A stretch of 57,013 bases of DNA, filler included, from Trypethelium eluteriae (taxonomy: Eukaryota), in assembly GCA_051942245.1 (NCBI GenBank). It is 3 parts of 3 records of this genome, joined end to end, with 100 filler letters (N's around TTAATTAATTAA, not from the genome) between each part and the next. Parts side by side here need not be neighbours in the genome. Positions count along the whole stretch, not along the records: positions 38,122 to 57,013 come from JAVECL010000542.1; 2 more parts are not named here. One strand, written 5' to 3'. The notes beneath the pieces were generated by a model that was not told the origin of the DNA, did no database searches, and worked only from the letters and a program-made list of their open reading frames with translations. Position numbers and translations under genes: made by a program. Positions 38,022 to 49,192 of this stretch are shown piece after piece (the stretch's first letter is position 1; each line of letters starts with the position of its first letter).

Positions 38022-38121
38022 NNNNNNNNNNNNNNNNNNNNNNNNNNNNNNNNNNNNNNNNNNNNTTAATTAATTAANNNNNNNNNNNNNNNNNNNNNNN
38101 NNNNNNNNNNNNNNNNNNNNN
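38022..38121. other. Artificial contig-join spacer (N44-TTAATTAATTAA-N44)
   Basis: The same 100-nt linker as at 19011. Confidence 0.98.
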
Positions 38122-38722
38122 CTACTACTCCGCCCTCTCCCTCCCCACCACGCCCTACACCTCGCCCGACTCGGCGCCCCTTGCCATCCTCGCCCGGCTC
38201 CTCACGCACAAGCACCTCCACCACGAGATCCGCGAAAAGGGCGGTGCCTATGGCGGCGGTGCATATCACCGCGGGCTGAACGGTGTCTTTGGTTACTATT
38301 CGTACCGCGATCCGAACCCTCTCAACACCATGGCTGTGATGCGGGATGCCGGAGCGTGGGCGAGGGATCGGGAGTGGAGCGAGCGCGATCTGGAGGAGGC
38401 GAAGCTGAGCGTGTTTCAGGGTGTCGATGCGCCGGAGAGTGTGAGCCAGGAAGGAATGGTGAGATTTCTGAGTGAGGTGGATGACGCGATGGAGCAGAGG
38501 AAGAGGGAGGAGTTGTTGGATGTGAAGAGGGAGCAGGTCAGAGATGTAGCGCAGAGGTATTTGGTCGAGGGGGCGAAAGATGGAAGTTTGGCTGTCTTGG
38601 GGGAGAAAGCTACGTGGGTGAAAGAGGTGGAGGGTTGGGATGTGAGGGATCTGGGGATGAAGGGGGTGGAGCAGGAGGTTGTAGGAGAGGAAATTGGTGA
38701 ACAGAGGGACGTGGCATTGTGA
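38122..38722 (+). CDS. CYM1: Mitochondrial presequence protease (pitrilysin M16C, Cym1/PreP); 3' fragment
   Basis: Open frame from the gap: [23 protein letters not shown]...[13 protein letters not shown]...[15 protein letters not shown]. Confidence 0.93.
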
Positions 38723-38939
38723 GGTGTGGGCGTTCTCGTTTTTCTCCGCTCATCAGCGTTCTTGCATCGTTCACCTCGGTGTACCATAGATACCTTTGTG
38801 GTTAGATCCATGTCAATACTCATCACCTGTTCTCTGTTACCCACCTTTGGGTGATGAAGCCGGCTCGCTGAGTAAGCCAGGCCGCGCTTAAGGGGTGGCC
38901 TCGTGAGCCTACAATTTTCCTTTTTTTATCAAACGCGCT

Positions 38940-39157
38940 GCAGAACAGAACCGACAGTCTCCAACAGGTCTCCTCCGGGATGGTCTTCTATTGTTGGTAG
39001 ATTGCAAGCCATGGGACTCTGTCCCTAGCGCAAGACTGACCCCCACGATGCTAACCCGGCACTCTTCGGAGTTGCAGGTGGTTTGCTCGTGCGCCAACGT
39101 TCAGAACCTCCATAGCGTGAGGAAGCTGCATGGAGGACTACCGTCTGGCGGACATAT
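38940..39157 (+). ncRNA. Candidate structured ncRNA, probably a box H/ACA-type snoRNA
   Basis: Four consecutive hairpins with G-U pairs that favour the + strand, cUCCGg and cUUCGg tetraloops, and a terminal hairpin with an internal pocket 15 nt before ACA (39152-39154). ANANNA occurs at 38942-38947. Boundaries are uncertain. Confidence 0.45.
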
Positions 39158-39519
39158 ATCGTGCCTTTGAAGCGAATAATAGAGAATCGCTGAAGACAAG
39201 AACCATTTCCAACTCGTAACCATTTAGTCAATCTAAAGTAAGACCAATGTAAGCGCCAATTAATATGAAACAAAATGGTTGTATTGTTTGCTGTGCCCTT
39301 AGCCGTCCATGGCGCGAATGAATAGAATAGTTAGATATCAGAGTGGGTGGCCACTGTGCATAGCACGTGTATCCAAGACGGGTTCAGTGACCGTTCCGAT
39401 GGAAGAAGTGCCAGTCTCTGCTCTGGAAGATGTCTTTCTTCTGAATATAAGCGCATTCTTGGTGTTTTCTAGCTAAAATGGCGTCGTTGCCCCCGGGTAA
39501 TATACTAATGTACATTTCA

Positions 39520-39580
39520 AGCACGTGAAGCGCGTGCTTAAAGTGGGTTTCGCGAACGGGGACGCGACGCGACTAGCTTG
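39520..39580 (+). promoter_or_regulatory. MCB-like CGCG cluster upstream of POL31
   Basis: GCGCGT, TCGCGA and tandem ACGCGACGCGAC about 60-110 nt upstream of a DNA replication gene. Confidence 0.55.
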
Positions 39581-39637
39581 CTCCAAACAGCTTTTCCTCC
39601 GTCACAAATGAACAAGTCAATTTTGCCATGATTGAAG

Positions 39638-41344
39638 ATGACCAACAGCCTCGATGTCTTTCTCCAATCTCCAACGTATGTTTCTGATATTAGAGCATCC
39701 CTAAACAGCATTGATCATAAATTGATAGAACCAATGACTTCCCCAACCTCGAAAGAACCCCTTCGTCCTATAACCCTCTCCAAACCTATGACCTTGCCAA
39801 AGGCAACGACAAGCATTACCAACAGCAATATGCGGACATGTACTTCACAAGATTGGCTATGCTCAAGAAACCAGTGGAGCAGGTAGCTGCTGAAGCTTGG
39901 GACGATTTCAAGGTAAATCAAGCAAGACGACCGAACGAAAGCTTCTGCTGACTGGTTGTGGTAAAGATAGCGGGAGAAACGGCGAAAAAGGTGGACAGAG
40001 TGCTAGCGGTCCGCCAGGGGCAGTTGTGTTGGATCGTGGGTACTGTGTACATGGAGATGCCTTTGAAGCCGAATGTACTCGACGACATTTCGAAAGAGGT
40101 AGTGTCTCTACCGTCTACATATCCAATTGGATGATCACTGAAGGGAGCCCAGCACTGGATCGCAGCTCCTCCACCTCGGGCAAAGTTCACATCGCCAAAT
40201 GGACAAGATCAAATTATGCTTGAAGACGAATCAGGACGCATTAGACTTACGGGTAGCTTTCTACCTATGCAGTTGCTCGTCACGGGCTGTATAGTAGCTG
40301 TCCTAGGCACGGAAAACAGAGACGGGGAATTCGATGTTGTCGACCTCAAAGTGCCTGATTTGCCTGCACAGCCGGAGCGCTGGGGGCGACATCATAGCCA
40401 AGTGCAAGGAGGCAAGAACAATCAGCAAAACGGGACACCTCAAGCAGGTAAAATGGCTATAGTTAGCGGTCTTGGCATAAACGGAGATGAAGGCGATACA
40501 CTATGCGTGGATCTCCTCTTGGAGTACCTTCTCGGAGAAGCTGCAGGCCCAGAATCCCAGGTCGCGGCCGCCAATATTTCTCGTCTGCTTGTTGCCGGCA
40601 ACTCGATCTCACATGGAACCCCCATCCCTTCACGAGAAGACGTGGCCGCTAAGAAGAAGAAATATGGATACGATCCTACTGCTTACAATGCCGCTCCTAC
40701 CGAACGACTTGATGTCCTACTCGCCACGCTCCTCCCTTCCCTACCTATAACCCTTCTTCCAGGTCTAACAGATCCGGCAAATGTCTCCTTACCACAACAG
40801 CCTCTTCATCCGGCCTTGTTCCCACATTGCAGAGCATACAGTCTCATACCTGGCGAGTCTTCTCAGGACCCAGGCTGGTTCGATACCGCGACGAACCCTT
40901 GGCAAGGCGATGTTGATGGCTGGAGAGTTCTGGCGTCGGGAGGACAGACGGTAGACGATGTTTTCAAATATGTGGAAGGCGAGGATCGTATCGAAATGAT
41001 GGAGAGCATGCTGCGATGGAGACTGGTGGCGCCCACAGCACCAGACACGTTGTGTAAGTCTTGCTGGTCACAGGTATACTGCACTGAAGAATACAGCTTA
41101 ATGGGTTGATACAGGGTCTTATCCATTCCAGTTGAAGGACGCATTTATTATATCCGAATGTCCGCACGTCTATATTGTGGGTAACCAGCCGAAATTTGAC
41201 ACTGCCGTCATCGAGGGCCCTGACGGCCAGCGAGTGCGACTCATTGCAGTACCAAAGTTTCGCGACACGGGTGAGCTGATTCTGCTTGACATGGAGAACC
41301 TTGGCGTCGAGGTGGTCAAGTTTGATCTGTTTCAGAAGACCTAA
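39638..41344 (+). CDS. POL31: DNA polymerase delta subunit 2 (Pol31/Cdc1), 5 exons
   Basis: HYQQQYADMYFTRL, GTVYMEMPLKPNVLDDISKE, MLEDESGRIRLTG, DPANVSLPQQPLHPALF, APTAPDTLW-SYPF and CPHVYIVGNQPKF, with GT-AG introns. Confidence 0.96.
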
Positions 41345-43137
41345 TGGGAAAATGAGGTATCTACATGGGATGGAGGATGGAGAATGGAGTCCGGGCGGAC
41401 ACGTATATACCCGCTATCTTTGTTAATGGCATTCAGTTCTGCCCTGGCTCCACCCCTCGCGATGAATGCACAGGATCTGGATCTCTGGGCTGCATTCCTC
41501 GATCTATGCGCTAACGTGCTGTAGAGCCAAGATCATTCATCGACCGTCACTCAACTAGATCCTTTGAATTCCTCACTCAGGACTGAGTCCAGTAAATGAT
41601 TCATCCGTAATAAAATGTCATCAGTCCCGCCAATTTCGCCTATGAGTATCGCAATGGGGCAATACGACTTTGCCTACCCATCCATTCTCGACATCGCACA
41701 ACGTCTGTTCTATGTTCGTCTATCAAGTCCGGTGTTCACTATAGAATTTTTGATTCCAGAAACTGTCCACTTTCCTTTCAAATTCACACCTGTTCTGTCA
41801 AGCATCTGCTAGCCTTTGAGAAGACCTTACCCCTTCTACCATACATATCTGCTCCTTCTGCATCTCTTTTCTAGAGGCACATAATTGCTATGCAATCTAC
41901 GGGTGTTTCGAATGTGGCTGACAAAATCTCATGAAGCGCTTTTGGGACCAAACTTCACATCGAACCTTTCAAAAGGCAAGATCCGACCTTGCCAAAGAGC
42001 ACGCTAGCTCTCAATTCCTTTTCTCTTCAAGGCTGCTTTTCTGCTGGGCTATGATCTGATGTTCTCGGTATCTAGTTCAAGCATCACTACGATTCAATTC
42101 CAAGGGTCAAAAGCAGTTGAATTTCTGGCTACTGCAGAGATTGCACACTCGAGACAGTCGTTTGACTCTCGGTCTGCTCAGTGGAGAAGAAGAAGGCGTC
42201 ATTTTAGAGCGTCACATGCTGGGCTGACTTGCAATGTAGTACAAGACTACGTCCTTCACTGTCTCCTTATGAGCATTCGCACCACCAGAAAGGCCCGCTA
42301 CGACGAAATCATCAGGAGAAGGTCGGTTATGCAAGCAAGAACACAGCAACGTCGTCTGGTCGACGTTGAAGTCCCGTAAAACTTGAAATTGAAATTTATT
42401 GCAGTGATATTGATCATACGAGTATTCGAGACGACTACTTGAGAACGATTCTCCATCGTGTCTCCTCGCATGCGTCGCATCTCTATGAATGAAACTAGCG
42501 ATAATCAAATAAGGACTCCGACAGAACAATCAAGGACGTCCTCGATTCAACCAGGGTAAAGGAAGTTCGGTAGAGCAGTGGAACTTGCTAACCGACGCAC
42601 GAAAAATATTCCCGCCCTATGCTGGTCATTTGCGAATCCGCCTGAAACAATATTCTTCCAGATAGAGGAACCCCATCTCAGTCGTAGTGGGCCCGTGTGC
42701 GTTCATGAACGCCTTGGTGGCGACAATGCTTATCGTATGCTACGGAAATCTGGTCAACAAGTGTTTATCAACTGTGCGGTTTTAGGCGGGATCTCGATGT
42801 GGTTTTGCAGCCTTGTCAGCTTTCAGTTGCATGAATTCATAATTTCGTAAGGTTCATTTATAATGTATCATGGTATGCTCTTCAGTTGTTTACGAAGTCG
42901 GACTTATTCGCTCCGTTTTACTATTCTGAGCGAGGCAGTTGAGGGGATCTAGGGTACGTCTACACGACATGTGCATGCATGAAGATTTTAGCATGAAGAT
43001 TCTAGGGACCAGTCAGAATATGATCAGAAGTAGTCAGTCTTTCCATCTAGTATGTGGTATCTATCTCTGTATACAACTCTGATTCGTTATCAGTCTTTGA
43101 TGATCTACTCAATTGGCTGCGGCCTTCAAACTTGGAG

Positions 43138-44187
43138 TCAGGCAACCATATCGTAGAGCGTATCTAAGCTTGGACGATCTTCAGGCGAACTTTGGGTACA
43201 AGCTTGAACGATCGTGTCCAAGGGGGCTGGAACGTCCCATTGAACTACACTTGTGATGGGCACATTGCCGTACACCATTCCTTTAATGACAAAGCCCAGG
43301 TCGTAAACATCAGACTTCTCATTCCATCCAGCATCCAACGAAGGCTCGCGTGCGATCTCAGGTGCGAGATCATTTCCCCAGCGACTCTCAAGATCAATAA
43401 TATACAGGCGAGATCTATCTGACGAGAAGACCATATTGTCGATCCGCAAGTCGCGATGCACTATTCCTAGGGAGTGTAGACATGCAAGCCCTTTGATGAT
43501 CTGTAGAATCCAGGCCTTGTACCGAGCGAAGGAATAAACGAATACTAAACAGTAGCGCGGTGTGAATCTCTCGAATACTAATTCTCCTGTGGCTGACTTT
43601 CCCAGGAGCGGGATTATGTGTTCCGATTTCGGTACGCCTGGACAGACTCCACCTTGACAAAGAAGCAGGTTATGGATCTCACTGCGGTATTTGCATTTCT
43701 TGGTGAAGTGTTGTTCTGGGTCCACAGCTATCTCTGGAAGTAAAGCGAGTTCGGCTGTAACATCCTCAGAATCATCGTCAAGCACTGGAGGTTTGGGGGC
43801 ATCTGTGAGGATTTGAACGGTGTCGCCAATAATCTCGTAGTCAGGGTTGCCACTCAAGATGGGGAGATTACGTTCCAGGCGGAGGATGGCGCCAGCAACG
43901 CTGTCAGGGATGTCGACGAGACGTACGCATTGGAGCTTCTGTTTGCCATCGGGAGTCTTGTCTTCGAGCTCGTACCAGTAGGTGGTGATTTCTTTTCCAT
44001 CGATGACAGTTATGTCAACATCCCAGACTGGCCGGCCGGCGGGAGGAACGAGGGTGGATGATTCTCGCTTCGTTCCATAAACCGTCCGGAGAGCTTCAAC
44101 TGCTGAGGTAAAGTCACTCTGATCGGATTCACTGGGTGAAGGCAGGGCTATCCTAATGGATGTCTCTTTGTCTGGGAGCTTGGACAT
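43138..44187 (-). CDS. Atypical protein kinase-like protein, 349 aa, intronless
   Basis: Catalytic loop IVHRDLRIDN, DLE in place of DFG, APE, KSDVYDLG and the C-terminal PEDRPSL. No canonical Gly-rich loop. Confidence 0.82.
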   Translation of the reverse strand: MSKLPDKETSIRIALPSPSESDQSDFTSAVEALRTVYGTKRESSTLVPPAGRPVWDVDITVIDGKEITTYWYELEDKTPDGKQKLQCVRLVDIPDSVAGAILRLERNLPILSGNPDYEIIGDTVQILTDAPKPPVLDDDSEDVTAELALLPEIAVDPEQHFTKKCKYRSEIHNLLLCQGGVCPGVPKSEHIIPLLGKSATGELVFERFTPRYCLVFVYSFARYKAWILQIIKGLACLHSLGIVHRDLRIDNMVFSSDRSRLYIIDLESRWGNDLAPEIAREPSLDAGWNEKSDVYDLGFVIKGMVYGNVPITSVVQWDVPAPLDTIVQACTQSSPEDRPSLDTLYDMVA

Positions 44188-44813
44188 ATTTGACTTGACT
44201 GGTCGGCGTATGATCTGAAGGATTTGCTGGTGGAAGGCGGGAAGTCACGGCGTGCTTATATCTGTATATCTGTATGCAACTTAGATAGCAAATCTTGCTG
44301 TCCAGGTTCGCTGCCGCACACAGCGGTGCGCTGGCCTTTCGTAGTAATTGTGTGCTTCAAATGGTTAGCTCCACTACCTAGTTTAGGATCGACTTACTCA
44401 GTCATTATGTTTAAAATGAGCTGATCACCCGACTGTGATCTGTCAGACCATGCCCCGCGATATCCAGTGAGATCATTATGGGACAACACACAGGCAGCCA
44501 AAGACATGGTGATGGAGAAGCACCGGGCAAAGTAAGTAGGCTGATCGTAGCCTGATAAGGGTTAAGGTATTCTCCAGTTTGACGTTGTTATCATATGTTT
44601 CTAGAGCAGAATCCGATACAAAATCTTACTCTGTACTATTACTCATTAGAGGCGACTTACAGAGGTAATGAATTGGTAGGGCTAACCTCATCAGATTATA
44701 GTCTAATTCGTGTTTTTCCCCATTACTCCCCAGCATGAAAAGAAGGGCATCATCCAAATTTGTGGTAAAGTTTGCTATCCCTGCTCCAAGTAGCGACATC
44801 CCCAAAGAAGCCT

Positions 44814-45608
44814 TTATCCGCTAATCTCGGCAGCTGGCGCACCACCTCCAATCCGCGCAGACGGTCCTTCAGGACGCAAATGCGCCATTGGAGGCTGTCC
44901 TATGATAGGTGCGCGCGAATCACCTCTATCCTGTGAACCTGACTCTATAATAGCAGACGTTCGTTGGGAATACTGACGACGATTACCTCGATTGGCCCCG
45001 AATCGAATAGTGCCAGTATTGAACAAGATGAAGTTGAAGCGGAAGGTGTCGAAGCCAGTACGCAAATCTTGAAAGATCGAGGTTCTATCGTCATGTTGTC
45101 CCTGCTGCAGACGTCGTCTCCTACCTTTTCTGTACAAAGTGTAGCCAGAGACAATAGCAGTGAGGATAAGAGAAGCAATAGGGACGGATATGCCTACAGC
45201 GATAGAACCGCCTTTGCTAAGACTAGACGAGGGGGTTGATGTGGGGTTCGCGGTCGGTAACGAGGACGTGGATGTTGACAATGAACTTGCCTGCGTGCTC
45301 GACGAGGACAAGGAGGTCAGGATTGAAAACGGCGAGGTTGGTGAAGAGGACAGTTCTGGTGGCACCCAGAATGAAGACGCCAGTGACAACGAGGACAAGG
45401 TTGTTGGCGAGAGTTCCAATGTCAGCGAGGTCCCGGACAAAGCTATGATCGATGACTCTACCAATGTAGCCAACGAAGAAGCCGAGGTCATTGGTGAACT
45501 CGCTGCGGTAGCATGTTCATTAGACTGCAAGACATCTAAAGAATCACTGTTGCATCTTCGGGCCAGGCGTATGATCGCCACCAGCGTGGAGCGAAACACC
45601 GCGTCCAA
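44814..45608 (-). CDS. Ser/Thr-rich single-pass membrane protein (Mid2/Wsc-sensor-like architecture)
   Basis: S/T-rich ectodomain, SSLSKGGSIAVGISVPIASLILTAIVSGYTLY TM segment and RKGRRRR stop-transfer. The start is uncertain; a possible upstream exon from ATG 45714 could join through a 49-nt intron. Confidence 0.6.
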   Translation of the reverse strand: MDAVFRSTLVAIIRLARRCNSDSLDVLQSNEHATAASSPMTSASSLATLVESSIIALSGTSLTLELSPTTLSSLSLASSFWVPPELSSSPTSPFSILTSLSSSSTQASSLSTSTSSLPTANPTSTPSSSLSKGGSIAVGISVPIASLILTAIVSGYTLYRKGRRRRLQQGQHDDRTSIFQDLRTGFDTFRFNFILFNTGTIRFGANRGNRRQYSQRTSAIIESGSQDRGDSRAPIIGQPPMAHLRPEGPSARIGGGAPAAEISG

Positions 45609-45863
45609 TGTCTACAACTTACATCAGCGCGATCTCATTCAGAAAGTGACCGATCTCTACATGAAGGAAAACTCTTGAATCCTGAGATATATCAATGATC
45701 TGCCATAGATTCATAAGTAGATATCTTCAACAGGTTTTAATATCTCACTCAAAGATGTGGGAGACATCGGACGCAGTACAAATTTGCTGGAGATCGGCAG
45801 CTCAAATCAAAGAGCCTCTCCCTCCCGCCTCCTCCGAACAACGTCCTTCCACGCTGTCCGACC

Positions 45864-48800
45864 TCATCTCGTATACGGCACCACCACCACAGGCCTCTGC
45901 AGCCCATAGTCCTGTATCGGCAACCCTGCAGCCGGCACATTCACTCCCGCTCCCGAACTCAGTAACTCTCCCCAAATCGGTCGCAGCACGTTCAGCAATG
46001 GCGTGCTCACCACGGCCTCTACCATGTTCTCCCCAGACACCAAGTAAGACGATATGTCAGCCTTTGCCCAGGTGGGGTCGAGGGGTGGAAGTGGGCGTCC
46101 GTTAATGGAGACGCGGATGGTATGGTAGATGGCACCAAAGTCGATGTAGACGCCTGAGCTGCTGTGGCTGCCGGCGGTAGTGCTGGTGTTGGTAATGGGT
46201 GAGGTGAAGGTAGTGGTATAGTAGCCACGACCGCTAACATTGGCGCCGAGGCCGGGGATCGAGGCCCAAGGCATGAGGGAGGTGAGCTGGTGCGTCGTGT
46301 TGTGTTTGATAGTGGCGTTCGGGGTGATATCGGAGAGGTCGGTTGGAGGATCCCAGTGCTCGACAACTAGGGTCCAATCGGTCAAATCAAGAGAAGAGCT
46401 GGATGGAGGTGGTAGAGGTCGTGAGGGATCGTTAACGACTGTAGCAGGAGTGCAAGGTCCAGTTGTGAGATTCGAATGGCTGCTAGCGCAGGAGATAGTA
46501 GAATTGGCGTCGGCGAAGGCGACAATAACGGATTGATTTCCTGCCAGTTGGAACGGGATCGTTGTAGATGCGTTTGAGCGAGTATAATTTTGTATTAGGA
46601 TTTGATCACCAGTCCAAGCATCGAGGACATAGGGCGTGCCTGTAGATGCGAACTTGATACTGCCTTCGCTGTAGCCATTGCCAAGACCTGCGCCGGTGGC
46701 ATCATTGTAAACAAAGACGTAATCCGCTCCGACAAGGTCATCTCGTCTCCAATACGTAAACCATGAGCCATTTGACTTGATGCTGGTGAGTGGCTCAATG
46801 CCCAAAGACGAGACTGCATCTGCCAAGCCCTCATACGGTACCACATGTACATTTGGTAACGACGTGAGCGAGTTGAGGATTTGGCCTACCCACTGAGTGC
46901 CATTAAGTGGTTCGTATTGGGCGACATACGTGGGAATACCTCCTGTGAAGATGATTGGCAGACCGTTTTGAGCGAGACCGGCGATTCCTAAAGTACCGTC
47001 AACCGTCATGGAGTCGTTTGCGCGGATAACCATCGCCTTGAATGCCTGATTTTCTGGTGCAAGAACTCCGTTGGCAACGTATGCTCCTGGCAGACCAAAA
47101 TTTTCCGGGCTTAAGTATTCGTATGCATACCCTAGAATCATGTAAGCTTCGCCTCTCGCAAAGACAGTGTCTACGTTACCTGCGTGCTCAAGATCAGTGG
47201 GCTCATAATTCCGGACAATCGAGGGAAAGGTGGTGATCTTCATATAGAAAGCAAGATCCATTTTCGGCACGCCCGACTGGAAAATGTACGACAGTCGAGC
47301 TGTGAAGTTCATGGGATCCTGATAAAATTCCGGCCAAGCTGGCTGTCTCGGTCCATGCATTTCAGAAAATTCGTAGTCGAAAGTCGTAAAGCCGGGCCAA
47401 GTTGTATTGCCATATGGTCCACTGTAGGGAAAGCCATGGAAGACGAACTGCGTCACTGATCCAGCAATTGAGCGCTTGACATCCCACATCAGCTCCGGCA
47501 GCGTCAATTGGTACGCTTCATCAGGATTAGCGCCAATTTCGGTTGACACGAGACGCTTTCCCGCGAGATTTGCCGGACCACAGTATTGGCGATAGCCGTC
47601 GATGAGATGGTTAAACCCAAGAGACTCGCACTCAGGAGCATCAACATTCGGCACATTCTGTAACATGTCCATTGCAAGGTTATATGACACCTGTGCCGAA
47701 AATTGCAAGTCCAAGTAGTCATTGGCCCACTTGGTGAGAGTCTGCAGGTATGTGCCATAGAGGGTCCCGAGCTACCAATCTATTAGCACATGAGCCCGAA
47801 CATTCTACCTGATGCCACTCACCGTCTCTCTGTAATCCGCAATGTGGCTGTTTCCAAAGTCCGGCTCATCCGTGACCCACCACACGGGCGGTGCTGACCC
47901 GAAACCTACATTGTTCTGATGGAATAGAATCGGTAGGTATTTTGTAATATCATAACCATGTTCAATCTGGAAGATCGTCGTATAATTCTCAGTCCAGAAA
48001 AGATTTTCTCGTATCTCGATACTGTCTTCCCAGCCGTAATTACCAACACTCATCAAAAGCTCACGCGTACCGTTAGTGAGCACAAATTGTTCCCAAAAAT
48101 TGGTTATGATTTGAGCACCGAGAGCAGAAAAGTGATCCACTGCCCATGAGCCATTCTGGAGCCAGGACTGAGGAGCCGTCTGCGGCCCACCCAGGAACTC
48201 AGGATCTTGCTGTGCACGGTAGTCGGAATGAATGAGATATATAACAAACAGAGTACATCCCGAGCCTGTACTGTTTTGCAGACATGTATAGCTGAGTCTA
48301 CCATCTGAGCCTACGTGAGCGGTGAGATCTTGAAGACTGTTGGCGGCCAATGTCACTTGTGTTCGGTTCGCAGGGGTATCTCCAGGCAAGCTCGGATACG
48401 TGCCCGTCGCATTCAGTTCGGCTGTACCGCCAAATGAGGCAGTGGGTGGGACCGTGATGTTGAAAGAAGAGACGATACGTCCGCCGACAACCGCCTGAAG
48501 TTTACCGATACCCCAGCCTGGCAGGATATTGCTATAGCTCTCTCCCAGTGGCACGGAAATGTTGTAGCTGTATAGATCCCAAGCTAGGCCTTCGGAGTCC
48601 TCAGGAGAAGGGACTCCCTGACCTTGATTTGGACCCATTGCAAAATCCGAAATCAGATCGTGGTCTGCGTGAGACTGCAGTAAAGTCTTGAAAGCAGTCT
48701 CTGGCCCAAAATGTTATTCCAGTTCACCTTTTCGCGCAGACTGGGGACTTACGCCATGCTGGAGTTCCCCAACCGTAGACTGACCAGTCATCCGGAGCGA

Positions 48801-49192
48801 AGGTTCCAGTTCCTGCCCACCCATTAGACTAGGACCAGAGCACATGCTAAGGATCCATGGCCAACCTTGAGCAGTACCGCCATACAGATAGTATCCTAAT
48901 ATCTCGATTCCTCCCGCCCCAATGATCCCAGCTTGTCGTACATCTTCGGCGAGGGTGGGGAGGTCGGCGGAGGCATCGGGAATCCAGTATCTGAATCGTG
49001 GCCTAACATTCTTTGAGGGATTCGTAAAGGTGCCAGCATCGATGGCAGCGTTAACAAGCGCATCCGTATGGTTGTATGGCAAGCCAGATACCCTCAGACT
49101 ACCAAGACCGACAATCGCGAGAGCAAGGATCTATATTCGTCAGTTGAAATGCGATTGAAGCATGCAAGAGCGCGTACTTTCTTCCCAATCAT
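45864..49192 (-). CDS. Secreted glycoside hydrolase, GH106 (alpha-L-rhamnosidase)-like, multi-exon
   Basis: Micro-exon MIGKK (ATG 49192) followed by a signal peptide. Motifs FTNPSKNVRPRFRYWIPDAS, AGGIEILGYY, VDHFSALGA, WEDSIE, SAQVSYNLAMDM, VDAPECESLGF, FHGFPYSG...TTWPGFTTF and a C-terminal beta-sandwich ending DYGL. Confidence 0.82.

Noticed and set aside
37368..38069. 233-aa plus-strand His/Arg-rich ORF, and similar ORFs at 30158-30676, 27543-28094, 56095-56748 and 45160-45678
   Set aside because: Antisense or off-frame shadows of GC-biased or low-complexity real genes.
39040..39060. CTAACCC read as a telomerase RNA template
   Set aside because: It has only 7 nt and lacks the CTAACCCTAA permutation, it lies in a predicted stem, and the intergenic space (under 1 kb) is short for a Pezizomycotina telomerase RNA.
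38950..39145. GACAGTCTCC ... ATGGAGGACTAC read as the RNase MRP/P P4 helix
   Set aside because: Only a loose resemblance to GAAAGUCUCC/GGAGCUUAC. Both segments fit better in local hairpins and I found no other conserved regions.
41600..43000. Possible degraded gene or transposon remnant (minus-strand protein-like fragments with many stops)
   Set aside because: No recognisable domain, terminal repeat or target-site duplication, so it cannot be supported without tblastx.
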